Source of the DNA: Bacteroidales bacterium
Lineage (GTDB): Bacteria > Bacteroidota > Bacteroidia > Bacteroidales > WCHB1-69
Length of the DNA stretch: 64,000 bases
Direction of reading: 5' to 3'
Assembly: GCA_031286285.1 (NCBI GenBank)
Contig: JAITUN010000298.1
Span: forward strand, 1,799 to 65,798
Under the pieces are notes generated by a model. That model saw nothing but the letters and a program-made list of their open reading frames with translations. It was not told the origin of the DNA and ran no database searches. The translations under genes were made by a program, and so were the position numbers. Shown here one piece after another: positions 1 to 9,176 of the stretch; positions within the stretch are counted from its first letter, which is position 1; each line of letters opens with the position of its first letter.

Positions 1-336
1 CGAAGCGCCGCTGATGGCTGCCGGTCGGTACTCATTCTGCCCTACAGGGAAAATGAAAGCATCCGGACTGTGAGACCGTACAAAACCATTCACGAAAGAT
101 TGATTGGAAGAGTTCCAATCAGCGCTCTCTGCAAAAGACAACATCCCTCTAAGCGATAGATCGCTACTTCGGGTAGTAACGATATTGTTCTCAATATGCA
201 GTGTGTTGCCACCGGGGATGTAGAAATATCCTGCCGGCGCTATATACACTTTGCCAGTCGCAAGATGTACGGTTTGCCCTCGAAGTAAAAAAACTCCAAG
301 AAAAAGTACTATTATGATTAGTAATGTTTTTTTCAT
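1..336 (-). CDS. hypothetical secreted protein, N-terminal part only (ORF runs off the left edge)
   Basis: Absent from the ORF track because no stop is reached. Minus-strand ATG at 336..334 gives MKKTLLIIIVLFLGVFLLRGQT... (signal-peptide-like), with no in-frame stop down to base 1. It lies 42 bp downstream of the FISUMP gene on the same strand. Confidence 0.45.
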   Translation of the reverse strand, partial: MKKTLLIIIVLFLGVFLLRGQTVHLATGKVYIAPAGYFYIPGGNTLHIENNIVTTRSSDLSLRGMLSFAESADWNSSNQSFVNGFVRSHSPDAFIFPVGQNEYRPAAISGAS

Positions 337-344
337 AATAAAAT

Positions 345-379
345 TTAGTGGTTAGTGGTTAATACTCATTACTCATTAC
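345..379. repeat. short heptamer-register tandem repeats (TTAGTGG x2, TCATTAC x2)
   Basis: Read directly: ttagtgg ttagtgg ttaatac tcattac tcattac. It fills the 42-bp spacer between two minus-strand ORFs and touches the stop codon at 379..381. Confidence 0.6.
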
Positions 380-1311
380 TATTCTGCAATACAACGGATC
401 GAGTATCCGAATGTAGGGCTGTTGAAACCCATAATTCCATCTTCATCGTCAAAAGTCATGCTGTAGTTATACAAGGGACTGAATATTCTGGAACTCCTGT
501 AAGTGCCGTTCATACCGCGAAAAGTGAGTGAGCCATCATTAGGGTCTCGGCGACCGGCAGCAGGCAGAAATAGTGCATTACCAAACATATTTCCACTCCA
601 ACTATCATAATCCCAACTGCCTACATTGGTTATAGGGTTGTTATCGAGTACCCCCTGCCATTCGTTGTAACTTGGCACACGGTAACCCGGGGGACAAGGA
701 TCGAAAACACTTTTTACGATTACGTTTGCACCGTCAGTGTTATCACCGTACCAACCAAACGGAGTCTCAGTATTCCACACGCCGATAATCTCATCGAAAG
801 TAGCCGCAGGTATGGGAGAACCCCATTGGTAATAGTCACCGTTTAAACCCGGAGAAGGATAAAAAGGATGGGCATTGGGATCTGCGCCCAAATTACGGCA
901 CATAAATTTTTTCCAAACTCCCGGAGCAATGTAGGCGCCACATTCAATGTGTCCCCAAGGATCTGTATCACCACCTGTGCCTGGATCTGTACCACTACCT
1001 GTTCCGCTATCGCACAAAAATTTCCATGCAGTGCCGTTCCAGAACTCAATACATTTGGTAGTGGTGTTAAAGATCATCAGTCCTTCCGCTACAGAAGAGG
1101 CTAACCCTGCAATGGCATCGCGCTCGGTGGTGGAGAGTTGCGGCAAACGCAGTCCGCCATAAGTGCCGGTTTCATACTGCCCCATCAATTCTAATACCGA
1201 AAAAGGCTGTGGCGCTACATCGGCGCCAATAGTTACTTGCGCATCTATTTTTCCAACAGAGAAAAAGAGGATAAGCGTACTCAAAGTGGTTAAAAAAGTG
1301 ATTTTTTTCAT
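379..1311 (-). CDS. secreted FISUMP-domain protein (Fibrobacter succinogenes major paralogous domain family)
   Basis: N-terminal signal peptide MKKITFLTTLSTLILFFSVGKIDAQ. Gly/Thr/Asp/Pro linker (SGTGSGTDPGTGGDTDP). The C-terminal half carries family-typical motifs YYQWG, DPCPPGYRVPSYNEW, LFLPAAGRR and GTYRSS. Confidence 0.7.
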   Translation of the reverse strand: MKKITFLTTLSTLILFFSVGKIDAQVTIGADVAPQPFSVLELMGQYETGTYGGLRLPQLSTTERDAIAGLASSVAEGLMIFNTTTKCIEFWNGTAWKFLCDSGTGSGTDPGTGGDTDPWGHIECGAYIAPGVWKKFMCRNLGADPNAHPFYPSPGLNGDYYQWGSPIPAATFDEIIGVWNTETPFGWYGDNTDGANVIVKSVFDPCPPGYRVPSYNEWQGVLDNNPITNVGSWDYDSWSGNMFGNALFLPAAGRRDPNDGSLTFRGMNGTYRSSRIFSPLYNYSMTFDDEDGIMGFNSPTFGYSIRCIAE

Positions 1312-1467
1312 TGTTAATTTTTTTTGTTTATAATTAATTTAAGGTTAAGTACTTGCGTAATTATTTTATTACAATATTCTTTTAATTTATTAAATTATGA
1401 ATTTTATGTGAATTAACACGTTGCAAAATTATATTGAATAAATGAGATTGAACCCAGTAATTTTACT

Positions 1468-1509
1468 GGAAAAATACTGGTTTTTTGGATGGAAATACTG
1501 GTTTTTTTT
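1468..1509. repeat. direct repeat GGAAA(AA)ATACTGGTTTTTT x2 in a divergent promoter region
   Basis: ATACTGG cores at 1474..1480 and 1495..1501, 21 bp apart (two helical turns). A third ACTGG lies just upstream at 1465..1469. The site sits about 180 bp upstream of the RND gene start. Confidence 0.5.
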
Positions 1510-1683
1510 AGATATATGAGTATTTGTTTTTGTTGTTTATTTGCACCTACAGTACGCATTTGAAAAAAACAACATACCAAATATAATAATTATCCTAATT
1601 TTTTTTTTTTCAAATTATTTTTTTAACAAAAAAATCATTCATTTGCGCTGCAAAAAAAAATAGTCAAAAAATCAATAATTCTT

Positions 1684-4600
1684 ATGGCATCCATATCCTC
1701 CACTTCCATCAAAAGACCTGTTTTTACCATCGTTTTGAATCTGTTTTTCATTATTGTGGGCGTGATTGGGTTTATGTATCTCGGCGTGCGCGACTATCCC
1801 AGCGTTGACCCGCCAATTATCACAGTTCAAACTTCTTATGTAGGCGCCAATGCAGATGTAATTGAAACTCAGATAACAGAGCCGTTAGAATCAGCCATCA
1901 ACGGCATCCCCGGCATCCGCGCTATGTGGAGCAGCAGCCGAGACGGGCGCAGCAATATTACCATTGAGTTTGAGTTGGAAATTCCAATGGAAACCGCTGC
2001 CAACGACGTGCGCGACAAAGTCTCCGGCGCTATGCGGCTGCTCCCCAAAGAGATTGATCCGCCCGTAGTGGCAAAAGCAGACGCAGACGCACAGCCCATT
2101 TTTGGGTTAAGTTTAAGTAGTAACACCTTCTCCATTATCGAAGTGAGCGCTTATGCTGATGCCGATGTGAAAGAGCGGCTGCAAACCATTCCGGGAGTTA
2201 GCTCTGTGGAAATATGGGGCGAGAAAAAATTAGCGATCCGCCTTAAAATGGACCCGATGCTATTAGCCGCTTACCAACTTACTCCCAACGATGTAAGCAA
2301 CGCCATTTCCCGTGAAAATGTGGAACTCCCCTCCGGAAGAATTGAAGGCGCAAACACCGAGCTGACGGTGCGCACCATGGGACGCCTCCAAACGATTGAC
2401 GACTTCAACAACCTCGTCATCGCACAAACCAACGACCGCATTATCAGATTCAGCGATATCGGAACTGCCGTAATAGACGCAGAAAATGTGCGCTCTATTA
2501 TGAAACAGGGAGGTAAAATGATGGTCAACTGCATCATCATCCCGCAACCGGGCTCTAATTACATTGACATCGTGAACCGCGTGAAGGAAGTGCTACCCGA
2601 TATTGAACGCAACCTCCCCACCGGAATAGAAGCAAAAATCACGTTCGACGATACCATCTATATTCGAAATGCTATCAATGAAGTGAAAAGCACTATCGTA
2701 GAAGCATTTTGTTTGGTGGTACTCATTATTTTCCTCTTCCTGAGAAACTTCCGTACTACAATGATCCCCATTTTAGCGATCCCCATTTCGCTCATCGGCA
2801 CATTTTTTATCATGTATATTTTTGGGTTTTCCATAAATATTCTAACATTGTTAGCCATTGTTTTGTCCATCGGTATAGTGGTGGATGACGCGATTGTAGT
2901 GATGGAAAATGTGTACCAAAAAATTGAATTGGGATTAACACCGATTCAGGCGGCGTTTAAAGGCTCGAAAGAGATCTACTTTGCTATTATTGCAACCACT
3001 GTTGCCTTAGTTGCTGTATTTTTCCCGATTGTTTTCTTAAAAGGAACTACCGGAAGATTGTTTAGGGAATTTAGTATGGTAATTGCCGGAGCAATTGCCA
3101 TTTCTGCAGTGGTAGCCTTGACACTCTCGCCGATGTTATGCAGCCGCCTTTTAAAGAAACAAGAAAAAGAATCGTGGCTGTTTCGGGTTACGGAGCCTTT
3201 TTTTGTTTGGCTTATCCGTATTTATAAAAAAGGATTGCTCGGTTTTATGAAAGTGCGTTGGATTGCGCCCATTTTCTTAATCTTTTCGTTGTTTTACTCC
3301 ATCTATTTGTGGCAAAAACTCCCCTCTGAAATGGCGCCCATTGAAGACCGCTCATCACTGCGCGTCAGTTCTACTGCACCGGAAGGAACCTCATTTCAAT
3401 ATATGGACAACTATACCAACGAGTTGAATAATTATCTCAAAGAGGCGGTTCCCGAAGCAGACCTGATGTTTTCGTTGGTGGGACGTGGCGCTACAAACTC
3501 ATCATTTACTAATGTCATCTTAAAAAATCCTGATGAAAGAGAACGCTCACAGCAGGAAATTTTTGAGGAAATTGCGCCCACGCTCCGTAAATTCTCCGGT
3601 GCAAGAACCATTATGACACAACGACAAACATTTGGAAATAGTCGTGGTGGGATGCCTGTTGAGTATGTTATTCAGGCTAAAAATTTGGATGCCTTAAAGG
3701 CTGTTCTTCCAGATTTTATGGACAAGGTAGCGCAAAGCCCTGCTTTTTCAGCCTACGACTTAAATTTGAAATTTACCAAACCGGAGCTTACGCTTCGCAT
3801 CAATCGTGATAAAGCCGCTTTTCTAGGCGTTTCGGTGGAGGATATTTCCCGCACCTTGCAACTTACTATGAGCGACCAACGTATTGGTTATTACATTTAT
3901 AATGGCAAACAGTATCAGATTATCACCCAATTTGACACAGAAAATCGTGGAAAACCTACCGATTTGGAAAATGTGTATGTACGTAACACAAATGGGGAAC
4001 TTATTGGTTTGAACAACTTGGTTGAACTTACCGAGAACTCAACGCCTCCACAACTCTATCGTTACAACCGTTTTGTTTCGGCAACTGTTTACGCCAATCC
4101 GGCAAAAGGGCACACATTAGGAGAAGGGATTAAGGAGATGGACAAAATTGCCGAAGAAACATTAGACGACAACTACAAGACTACCCTTTCGGGGAGTTCT
4201 AAAGATTTTGTAGAGAGCTCCTCCAGTTTGATATTTACCTTCTTTTTGGCGTTAATATTCATCTATTTAGTACTTTCCGCCAACTTTGAAAGTTTCCGCG
4301 ACCCGTTTATCATTATGCTTACCGTTCCGTTAGCGTTAATGGGAGCTTTAATTTCACTCTTTATTTTTGAACAAACTATGAACATATTCAGTCAGATAGC
4401 CATGATTATGCTCATTGGATTGGTTACCAAAAACGGTATCTTGATAGTTGAGTTTGCCAACCAGAAAAAGAGGGTAGGTATTCCCTTTAGTGAAGCCATT
4501 ATAGAGGCATCCATTTCCCGTTTCCGTCCGATCTTGATGACCAGCCTTGCCACTGTTCTTGGGATTTTGCCCATGGCAATCGCTACCGGCGCCGGCAGCG

Positions 4601-4743
4601 AAAGTCGTGTAGCAATGGGAATCGCCGTCGTAGGCGGGATGATGTTCTCCACTCTGCTTACTTTATTTGTAATTCCGGCAATCTACACTTATCTGTCTTC
4701 TAAGAAAGTGGTAAAGATTGAGGAAGAGGGGGAACAGGAGTGA
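1684..4743 (+). CDS. RND efflux transporter permease (AcrB/HAE1-like)
   Basis: 1019 aa. The N-terminus IKRPVFTIVLNLFFIIVGVIGFMYLGVRDYPSVDPPIITVQTSYVGANADVIETQITEPLE is typical AcrB, and two 6-TM bundles with large loops are visible in the translation. Confidence 0.9.
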   Translation: MASISSTSIKRPVFTIVLNLFFIIVGVIGFMYLGVRDYPSVDPPIITVQTSYVGANADVIETQITEPLESAINGIPGIRAMWSSSRDGRSNITIEFELEIPMETAANDVRDKVSGAMRLLPKEIDPPVVAKADADAQPIFGLSLSSNTFSIIEVSAYADADVKERLQTIPGVSSVEIWGEKKLAIRLKMDPMLLAAYQLTPNDVSNAISRENVELPSGRIEGANTELTVRTMGRLQTIDDFNNLVIAQTNDRIIRFSDIGTAVIDAENVRSIMKQGGKMMVNCIIIPQPGSNYIDIVNRVKEVLPDIERNLPTGIEAKITFDDTIYIRNAINEVKSTIVEAFCLVVLIIFLFLRNFRTTMIPILAIPISLIGTFFIMYIFGFSINILTLLAIVLSIGIVVDDAIVVMENVYQKIELGLTPIQAAFKGSKEIYFAIIATTVALVAVFFPIVFLKGTTGRLFREFSMVIAGAIAISAVVALTLSPMLCSRLLKKQEKESWLFRVTEPFFVWLIRIYKKGLLGFMKVRWIAPIFLIFSLFYSIYLWQKLPSEMAPIEDRSSLRVSSTAPEGTSFQYMDNYTNELNNYLKEAVPEADLMFSLVGRGATNSSFTNVILKNPDERERSQQEIFEEIAPTLRKFSGARTIMTQRQTFGNSRGGMPVEYVIQAKNLDALKAVLPDFMDKVAQSPAFSAYDLNLKFTKPELTLRINRDKAAFLGVSVEDISRTLQLTMSDQRIGYYIYNGKQYQIITQFDTENRGKPTDLENVYVRNTNGELIGLNNLVELTENSTPPQLYRYNRFVSATVYANPAKGHTLGEGIKEMDKIAEETLDDNYKTTLSGSSKDFVESSSSLIFTFFLALIFIYLVLSANFESFRDPFIIMLTVPLALMGALISLFIFEQTMNIFSQIAMIMLIGLVTKNGILIVEFANQKKRVGIPFSEAIIEASISRFRPILMTSLATVLGILPMAIATGAGSESRVAMGIAVVGGMMFSTLLTLFVIPAIYTYLSSKKVVKIEEEGEQE

Positions 4744-4786
4744 AAGGGTATGGTAAATAGTCCGATATTTTTACAGATTATTCAAA

Positions 4787-5911
4787 CTAAATTTTGTTTT
4801 TTATAGGATTAGCATAGATACCCAAAAAAATAGAACTGATAATATCTTTATCTCCATCTATATGATTTAAAACATGATAATATCTTTGCAAAAATTGTTC
4901 TTTTTCTTCAGGAGTATAGTAAGCTACAAATTTGTTTGTTTTTGAACGTAAATCATGCGCAATATAGTTGGTACTCCATAATTTATAGTTTTGGTAAATC
5001 CTTTTATCAGTTAAACGAGCCAAATTGCTATAAAATTTATTTGAAGAATCTTCTACAAGATTAATATATTCCTCTTTTTCAAGAGGTTTACAAATACTAA
5101 AATGCACATTTCCTTTTTGCTGGGTAATTCCCGTTAAAATACTTGTCAAATCTTCATTTATCTGTTTCTCATATTTTACACCTTGATTAGACAAATACAA
5201 CTCTTTTGTTTTGAACAAATCGCAAGGTTCCCACTGATAAGAAACGGAAACAGGAACAATATTAAGCTCTTCCACCGACTTCACTAGGTCTTTCCTGTTG
5301 CTCATGCAAAACATAGTTATAATTCCTTGGTCGGTAACATCGTTTCCATCTTTAGTACGTCCGTTCCTTTGAGCAATCCAAATAGATTCTCCTTTTTGTG
5401 TTAATGTATAACGTATATATTCAGATAGGCGCAATGAATTATTATAAAACTCGCGATTATTTCCACCTCTAATAACTTTAAACATTTTATTCGACTTGCC
5501 AATGTCAACAACCAATTGTGAACTCATGAGATTACTTCCGAAAGTGATTTCAGTAGTACGAAACCCATTATCATGCAATGCAGATTGCAGTAAGGAGGAA
5601 TCTAAAACTATATCACGATGGTTGGAAAGAAAAAGATAATTTTTCTGTGGATTTAAATACTCAAATCCACTGCAGGTAAACTCACTAACAGTTTGCTTAA
5701 TTACCTGTTTATTGAATGGGTACATAACGCCATATTGAAAATCGAAAATATTATTAAACTCCAACAACATTTCTTTCACTTCGCTCAATTTTTTTTCAGG
5801 AAATACGAACTTAGAAATTGCAGGAAATAATTCACTCTCAACTATACGCTTCATTGCAGGCATAATTTCAGCATCATTATACGGACGTAGATCGTCAAAG
5901 GTATTAGTCAT
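4787..5911 (-). CDS. PlsC/LPLAT-superfamily acyltransferase (glycerolipid-type acyltransferase)
   Basis: 374 aa. LSNHRDIVLDS resembles the HX4D acyltransferase box with one extra residue. A 4-bp ATGA overlap with the upstream ligase gene indicates translational coupling. Confidence 0.65.
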   Translation of the reverse strand: MTNTFDDLRPYNDAEIMPAMKRIVESELFPAISKFVFPEKKLSEVKEMLLEFNNIFDFQYGVMYPFNKQVIKQTVSEFTCSGFEYLNPQKNYLFLSNHRDIVLDSSLLQSALHDNGFRTTEITFGSNLMSSQLVVDIGKSNKMFKVIRGGNNREFYNNSLRLSEYIRYTLTQKGESIWIAQRNGRTKDGNDVTDQGIITMFCMSNRKDLVKSVEELNIVPVSVSYQWEPCDLFKTKELYLSNQGVKYEKQINEDLTSILTGITQQKGNVHFSICKPLEKEEYINLVEDSSNKFYSNLARLTDKRIYQNYKLWSTNYIAHDLRSKTNKFVAYYTPEEKEQFLQRYYHVLNHIDGDKDIISSIFLGIYANPIKNKI

Positions 5912-7212
5912 AAAGATTTTTTTTGTCGTTTGTCAATAATTTTAATAGGTTTTCGGCAAATATCAGGAGTAGTGATATCTTTTATTTGGGCAATCGTACA
6001 AATTTCAATTTCCGGTGCTACACGAATACGCGCCCTAAAGCGGTCTTTCATATCTTTAATGACGTCATATTCAGGCTCTTCTCTTAAACCAATTTTAATT
6101 AATATGTCATCATTTCCACACTCATCATCAAAAACTTCAACGAGATAATTTTCAATTAAAGAAACGTTGTCAATAACATCAAAAATAGCAGGAGGATAAA
6201 TAGTTGTACCTTTATATTTTATCATTTGATTAAGACGTCCAACAATAGGGCTTATTCTCATTGTAGTTCTGCCGCATTGACAAGTTTCATAGTGAAACTT
6301 TGCCAAATCTCCTGTTCTAAATCTCAGTAGGGGCATTCCTTCCACTCCGAGTGTAGTAATTGTGAGTTCACCGGTATCGCCTTTTGGAACGATATTTCCA
6401 TTTTCGTCAATCAATTCACAAATAATAAGTTCGGGGTGGTGATGTCCACCACATCCATACTTGCACTCTGTAAAACTGCTTGCCATTTCTGTTGAGGCGT
6501 ATGTTGAGTAAAGTTCAACATTCCACTTTTCTATTATACTTTGCCCGAGCAGATTCAATTTAAAATCCTGTTCTCTCAAATTTTCTCCGATACACACCAA
6601 TTTTTTAATACTTGAGTTTTTGTAATCTATTCCATTCTCTTCAGCATATTTGACGAGTTTCAGAATGAAAGATGGGACTAGAACGGCAATATTTGGTTTT
6701 ATCCGCTGAATAGTATCCCATTGCAATTCTGCGATTCCGTTCCCCACACGAATAACACTTGCTCCTAACTTTCTAATTCCCAAAAAGTACGCCAATCCTG
6801 CCATAAATCGCTTATCCATAGTGGTCATCAACTGAAAAATATCTCCGCTCTTAGCACCTGCGCACTCAAAGGATAATTTCTCGTTGTATGCCAAACGTTC
6901 CAAATCTGCTTCGGTCATTGCGAAAGTAACGGGATCGCTGAGTGTACCTGAAGTTGTTATATAATCAATTATTTTTTCTTTATGTACACAAAAAAAATCT
7001 TCATTGTAATATTGTAGGTCTGTTTTTTCAGTGAACGGTATTTGCTGTAAATCTTCAATTTTGTTAATTTTTTCTATATCAATTTTATTTTGCAAAAACA
7101 TCCGTTTATAAAATGGTGAATATTCTTTCAAATATTTCAGTGCTATTTTCAGTTTTTCTTCCTGAAAATGTTTGATTTCAAAAAAGGAACTATATTCGAT
7201 AGTGTTGTACAT
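5908..7212 (-). CDS. PaaK-like adenylate-forming enzyme (phenylacetate-CoA ligase / F390 synthetase family)
   Basis: 434 aa. Motifs TTSGTLSDPV (P-loop-like TSGTTG), YASTE, RFRTGDL and GRLNQMIKYKGTTIYPPAIFDV match the PaaK family layout. Confidence 0.8.
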   Translation of the reverse strand: MYNTIEYSSFFEIKHFQEEKLKIALKYLKEYSPFYKRMFLQNKIDIEKINKIEDLQQIPFTEKTDLQYYNEDFFCVHKEKIIDYITTSGTLSDPVTFAMTEADLERLAYNEKLSFECAGAKSGDIFQLMTTMDKRFMAGLAYFLGIRKLGASVIRVGNGIAELQWDTIQRIKPNIAVLVPSFILKLVKYAEENGIDYKNSSIKKLVCIGENLREQDFKLNLLGQSIIEKWNVELYSTYASTEMASSFTECKYGCGGHHHPELIICELIDENGNIVPKGDTGELTITTLGVEGMPLLRFRTGDLAKFHYETCQCGRTTMRISPIVGRLNQMIKYKGTTIYPPAIFDVIDNVSLIENYLVEVFDDECGNDDILIKIGLREEPEYDVIKDMKDRFRARIRVAPEIEICTIAQIKDITTPDICRKPIKIIDKRQKKSL

Positions 7213-7339
7213 TTTTGTATTGTTATTTAGCGCTTTGATATAATAATTAGCCTGTTGTAATAAATAAAATTATCTGATTTGTAGTTACAATATTATTCAT
7301 TAATTCAGTAAAATATGACATTTTGCATCATCTAAGAAT

Positions 7340-8155
7340 CTATAAATTATTAATAAAGTTCAAAAAATCAAAGATCCAACCCGTTGCTTTTCCAACAGGT
7401 TTGATTCCGAATCCGTGTCCACCATTTCTTGATTCATCAATCAACAAAAATTTATATTTTACATTATGCTCAATTAAAGCATTTTCAAAAACCACACTAT
7501 TTCTATAATCTACAGTTTTATCTCCTATACAATGTAAAAGAAATATGGGAGGTAAATTTGCATGCACATTCTTTTCTAAACTCATCAAATACTTTAATTC
7601 ATCTGTATAATTATTTCCTAGTAAATTTTTTCGAGATTTTTTATGTACAATACTATCATCCATAGATACAACTGGATAAATCATTGCAGTAAAATAGGGT
7701 TTCAATTGTGCTGCTGAATAGATTGCCGCCATCCCTGCCAAATGCCCACCGGCAGAAAAACCCATAATACCAATTTTATTAGGATTTATTCCATATTTTT
7801 CATTGTTATCTTTCAAAAAATTCATAGCATTTTCTAAATCCCGATACATGTCGGGATAATGGCATCCTTGTTTTGCAGTTCTATATTTCAATACAAAAGC
7901 CGGAATACCTTGTTTGTTAAGTTCTTTTGCAACTACAAACCCTTCATTGTTCATATCCAACCAATAGTAGCTTCCGCCGGGACAAATAATTACAGAAATA
8001 CCTTTACTGTCTTTTTTTATCGGTAAAAAAACAAATAGTTCGCTCCATTTTTGTTTTCGTGTTCTCTTTATCCTTTCCCAAATTTTTATACTTATCAGAA
8101 TCGAAAGAGATAAAAGACTGGCAACAAGAATTACACAAATAATTGTTTTTTTCAT
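7340..8155 (-). CDS. membrane-anchored alpha/beta hydrolase (esterase)
   Basis: N-terminal TM helix. Nucleophile elbow GFSAGGHLA (GxSxG), upstream CPGGSYYW oxyanion-type motif, and later GDKTVD and GGHGF (Asp/His candidates). Confidence 0.75.
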   Translation of the reverse strand: MKKTIICVILVASLLSLSILISIKIWERIKRTRKQKWSELFVFLPIKKDSKGISVIICPGGSYYWLDMNNEGFVVAKELNKQGIPAFVLKYRTAKQGCHYPDMYRDLENAMNFLKDNNEKYGINPNKIGIMGFSAGGHLAGMAAIYSAAQLKPYFTAMIYPVVSMDDSIVHKKSRKNLLGNNYTDELKYLMSLEKNVHANLPPIFLLHCIGDKTVDYRNSVVFENALIEHNVKYKFLLIDESRNGGHGFGIKPVGKATGWIFDFLNFINNL

Positions 8156-8164
8156 TATAGATTC

Positions 8165-8749
8165 TTATTTAGTGCTTAAATTCAAAAGCGCTCCAAAAGA
8201 TTTTCCGGCTGTTGCAAAGACCATTTTCAAACGTATAAATTCGTCCACTTGATAATCTGAAAATGGGCTACAAATTTTGTCCCACGAAAACTGAGTCACT
8301 AATGTATTCATATCCTCAGTCTTATAAAATTTATACACCACACTTACGAGTGCATCCTTTGAATAAGGACCTGCAAAATAACCGGGGACAATATTAACAA
8401 TTTTTACACAAAGAGTGTATTTTGCGTTAGAATAACTTTGACTTACAGACTTGTTTTTCAATTCATCATTACAATACTTAATAAAATTATTCATAAATTG
8501 TTTTCTCCACTCTCCTTCCCAATTCTTTTTCCATTCTTCTGCTTCTTTTGGTGTTTTTTCTTTTTCCATTCTTTTTTTAACGAAAATTTCTTCCGCTTTT
8601 CCATCCACAGTTACTCCATTAAAGTCAAATACTAGGTTTATTTTACTTTCATTGTCAAGAAAAGTAAGAGATCCTTTTTTTAATTTTTGAGCCGAAACGC
8701 TCGTCGCTACTAATGCTAGCAATACTACAAATAAAGATCTTAGTTTCAT
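8165..8749 (-). CDS. hypothetical secreted protein
   Basis: 194 aa with signal peptide MKLRSLFVVLLALVATSVSAQ. I recognise no motif. It is tightly packed in the minus-strand gene string. Confidence 0.5.
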   Translation of the reverse strand: MKLRSLFVVLLALVATSVSAQKLKKGSLTFLDNESKINLVFDFNGVTVDGKAEEIFVKKRMEKEKTPKEAEEWKKNWEGEWRKQFMNNFIKYCNDELKNKSVSQSYSNAKYTLCVKIVNIVPGYFAGPYSKDALVSVVYKFYKTEDMNTLVTQFSWDKICSPFSDYQVDEFIRLKMVFATAGKSFGALLNLSTK

Positions 8750-8781
8750 AAAAAATATTTTTTGGGTTAATACTAATGTTA

Positions 8782-9141
8782 TTAAATAAATAAATGTTTA
8801 GTCTCTTCTTTTGATAATTTTCGATAGTTTGTTTTCGAATTTTGGTTAAATATTACTTCATAATATTGTTCATCGTAAAAAGAAAGCACAGAATTAGTGT
8901 CAGGTGTACACTCTATGTAAATAATCTCCCTTAGATTCAATCCTTTTTTTTCACAAATCTGCATTGCGAGTTTAATACCTGCGGCAGTTACAGATGTTCC
9001 TGGATTATCTTGATACAGTTCAGTAACCACAACAATTTTTTTGTCATTATAATCCACTATTTTCAAACCGCATGCTGATTTTTGCTCCCACTCTCCGGCG
9101 AAAGAGAATATTTCGTCATAGTATTTTTCGGGTACTTTCAT
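8782..9141 (-). CDS. hypothetical protein
   Basis: 119-aa ORF directly downstream of the radical SAM gene on the same strand. No recognisable motif. Confidence 0.4.
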   Translation of the reverse strand: MKVPEKYYDEIFSFAGEWEQKSACGLKIVDYNDKKIVVVTELYQDNPGTSVTAAGIKLAMQICEKKGLNLREIIYIECTPDTNSVLSFYDEQYYEVIFNQNSKTNYRKLSKEETKHLFI

Positions 9142-9176
9142 ATTTAACTCTTATAGCTCATTAACACTTTAGCTCC

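Noticed and set aside
843-1162. Three 68-78 aa ORFs (843..1049 -, 868..1104 +, 947..1162 +) inside the FISUMP gene
   Set aside because: They lie entirely within a longer ORF that has a signal peptide and family motifs. Their translations are low-complexity, so they are shadow ORFs.
1869-4652. Antisense ORFs within the RND transporter gene (1869..2135, 2263..2547, 2271..2540, 2658..2870, 4392..4652)
   Set aside because: They are antisense to a confidently identified 1019-aa AcrB-like gene and show no motifs.
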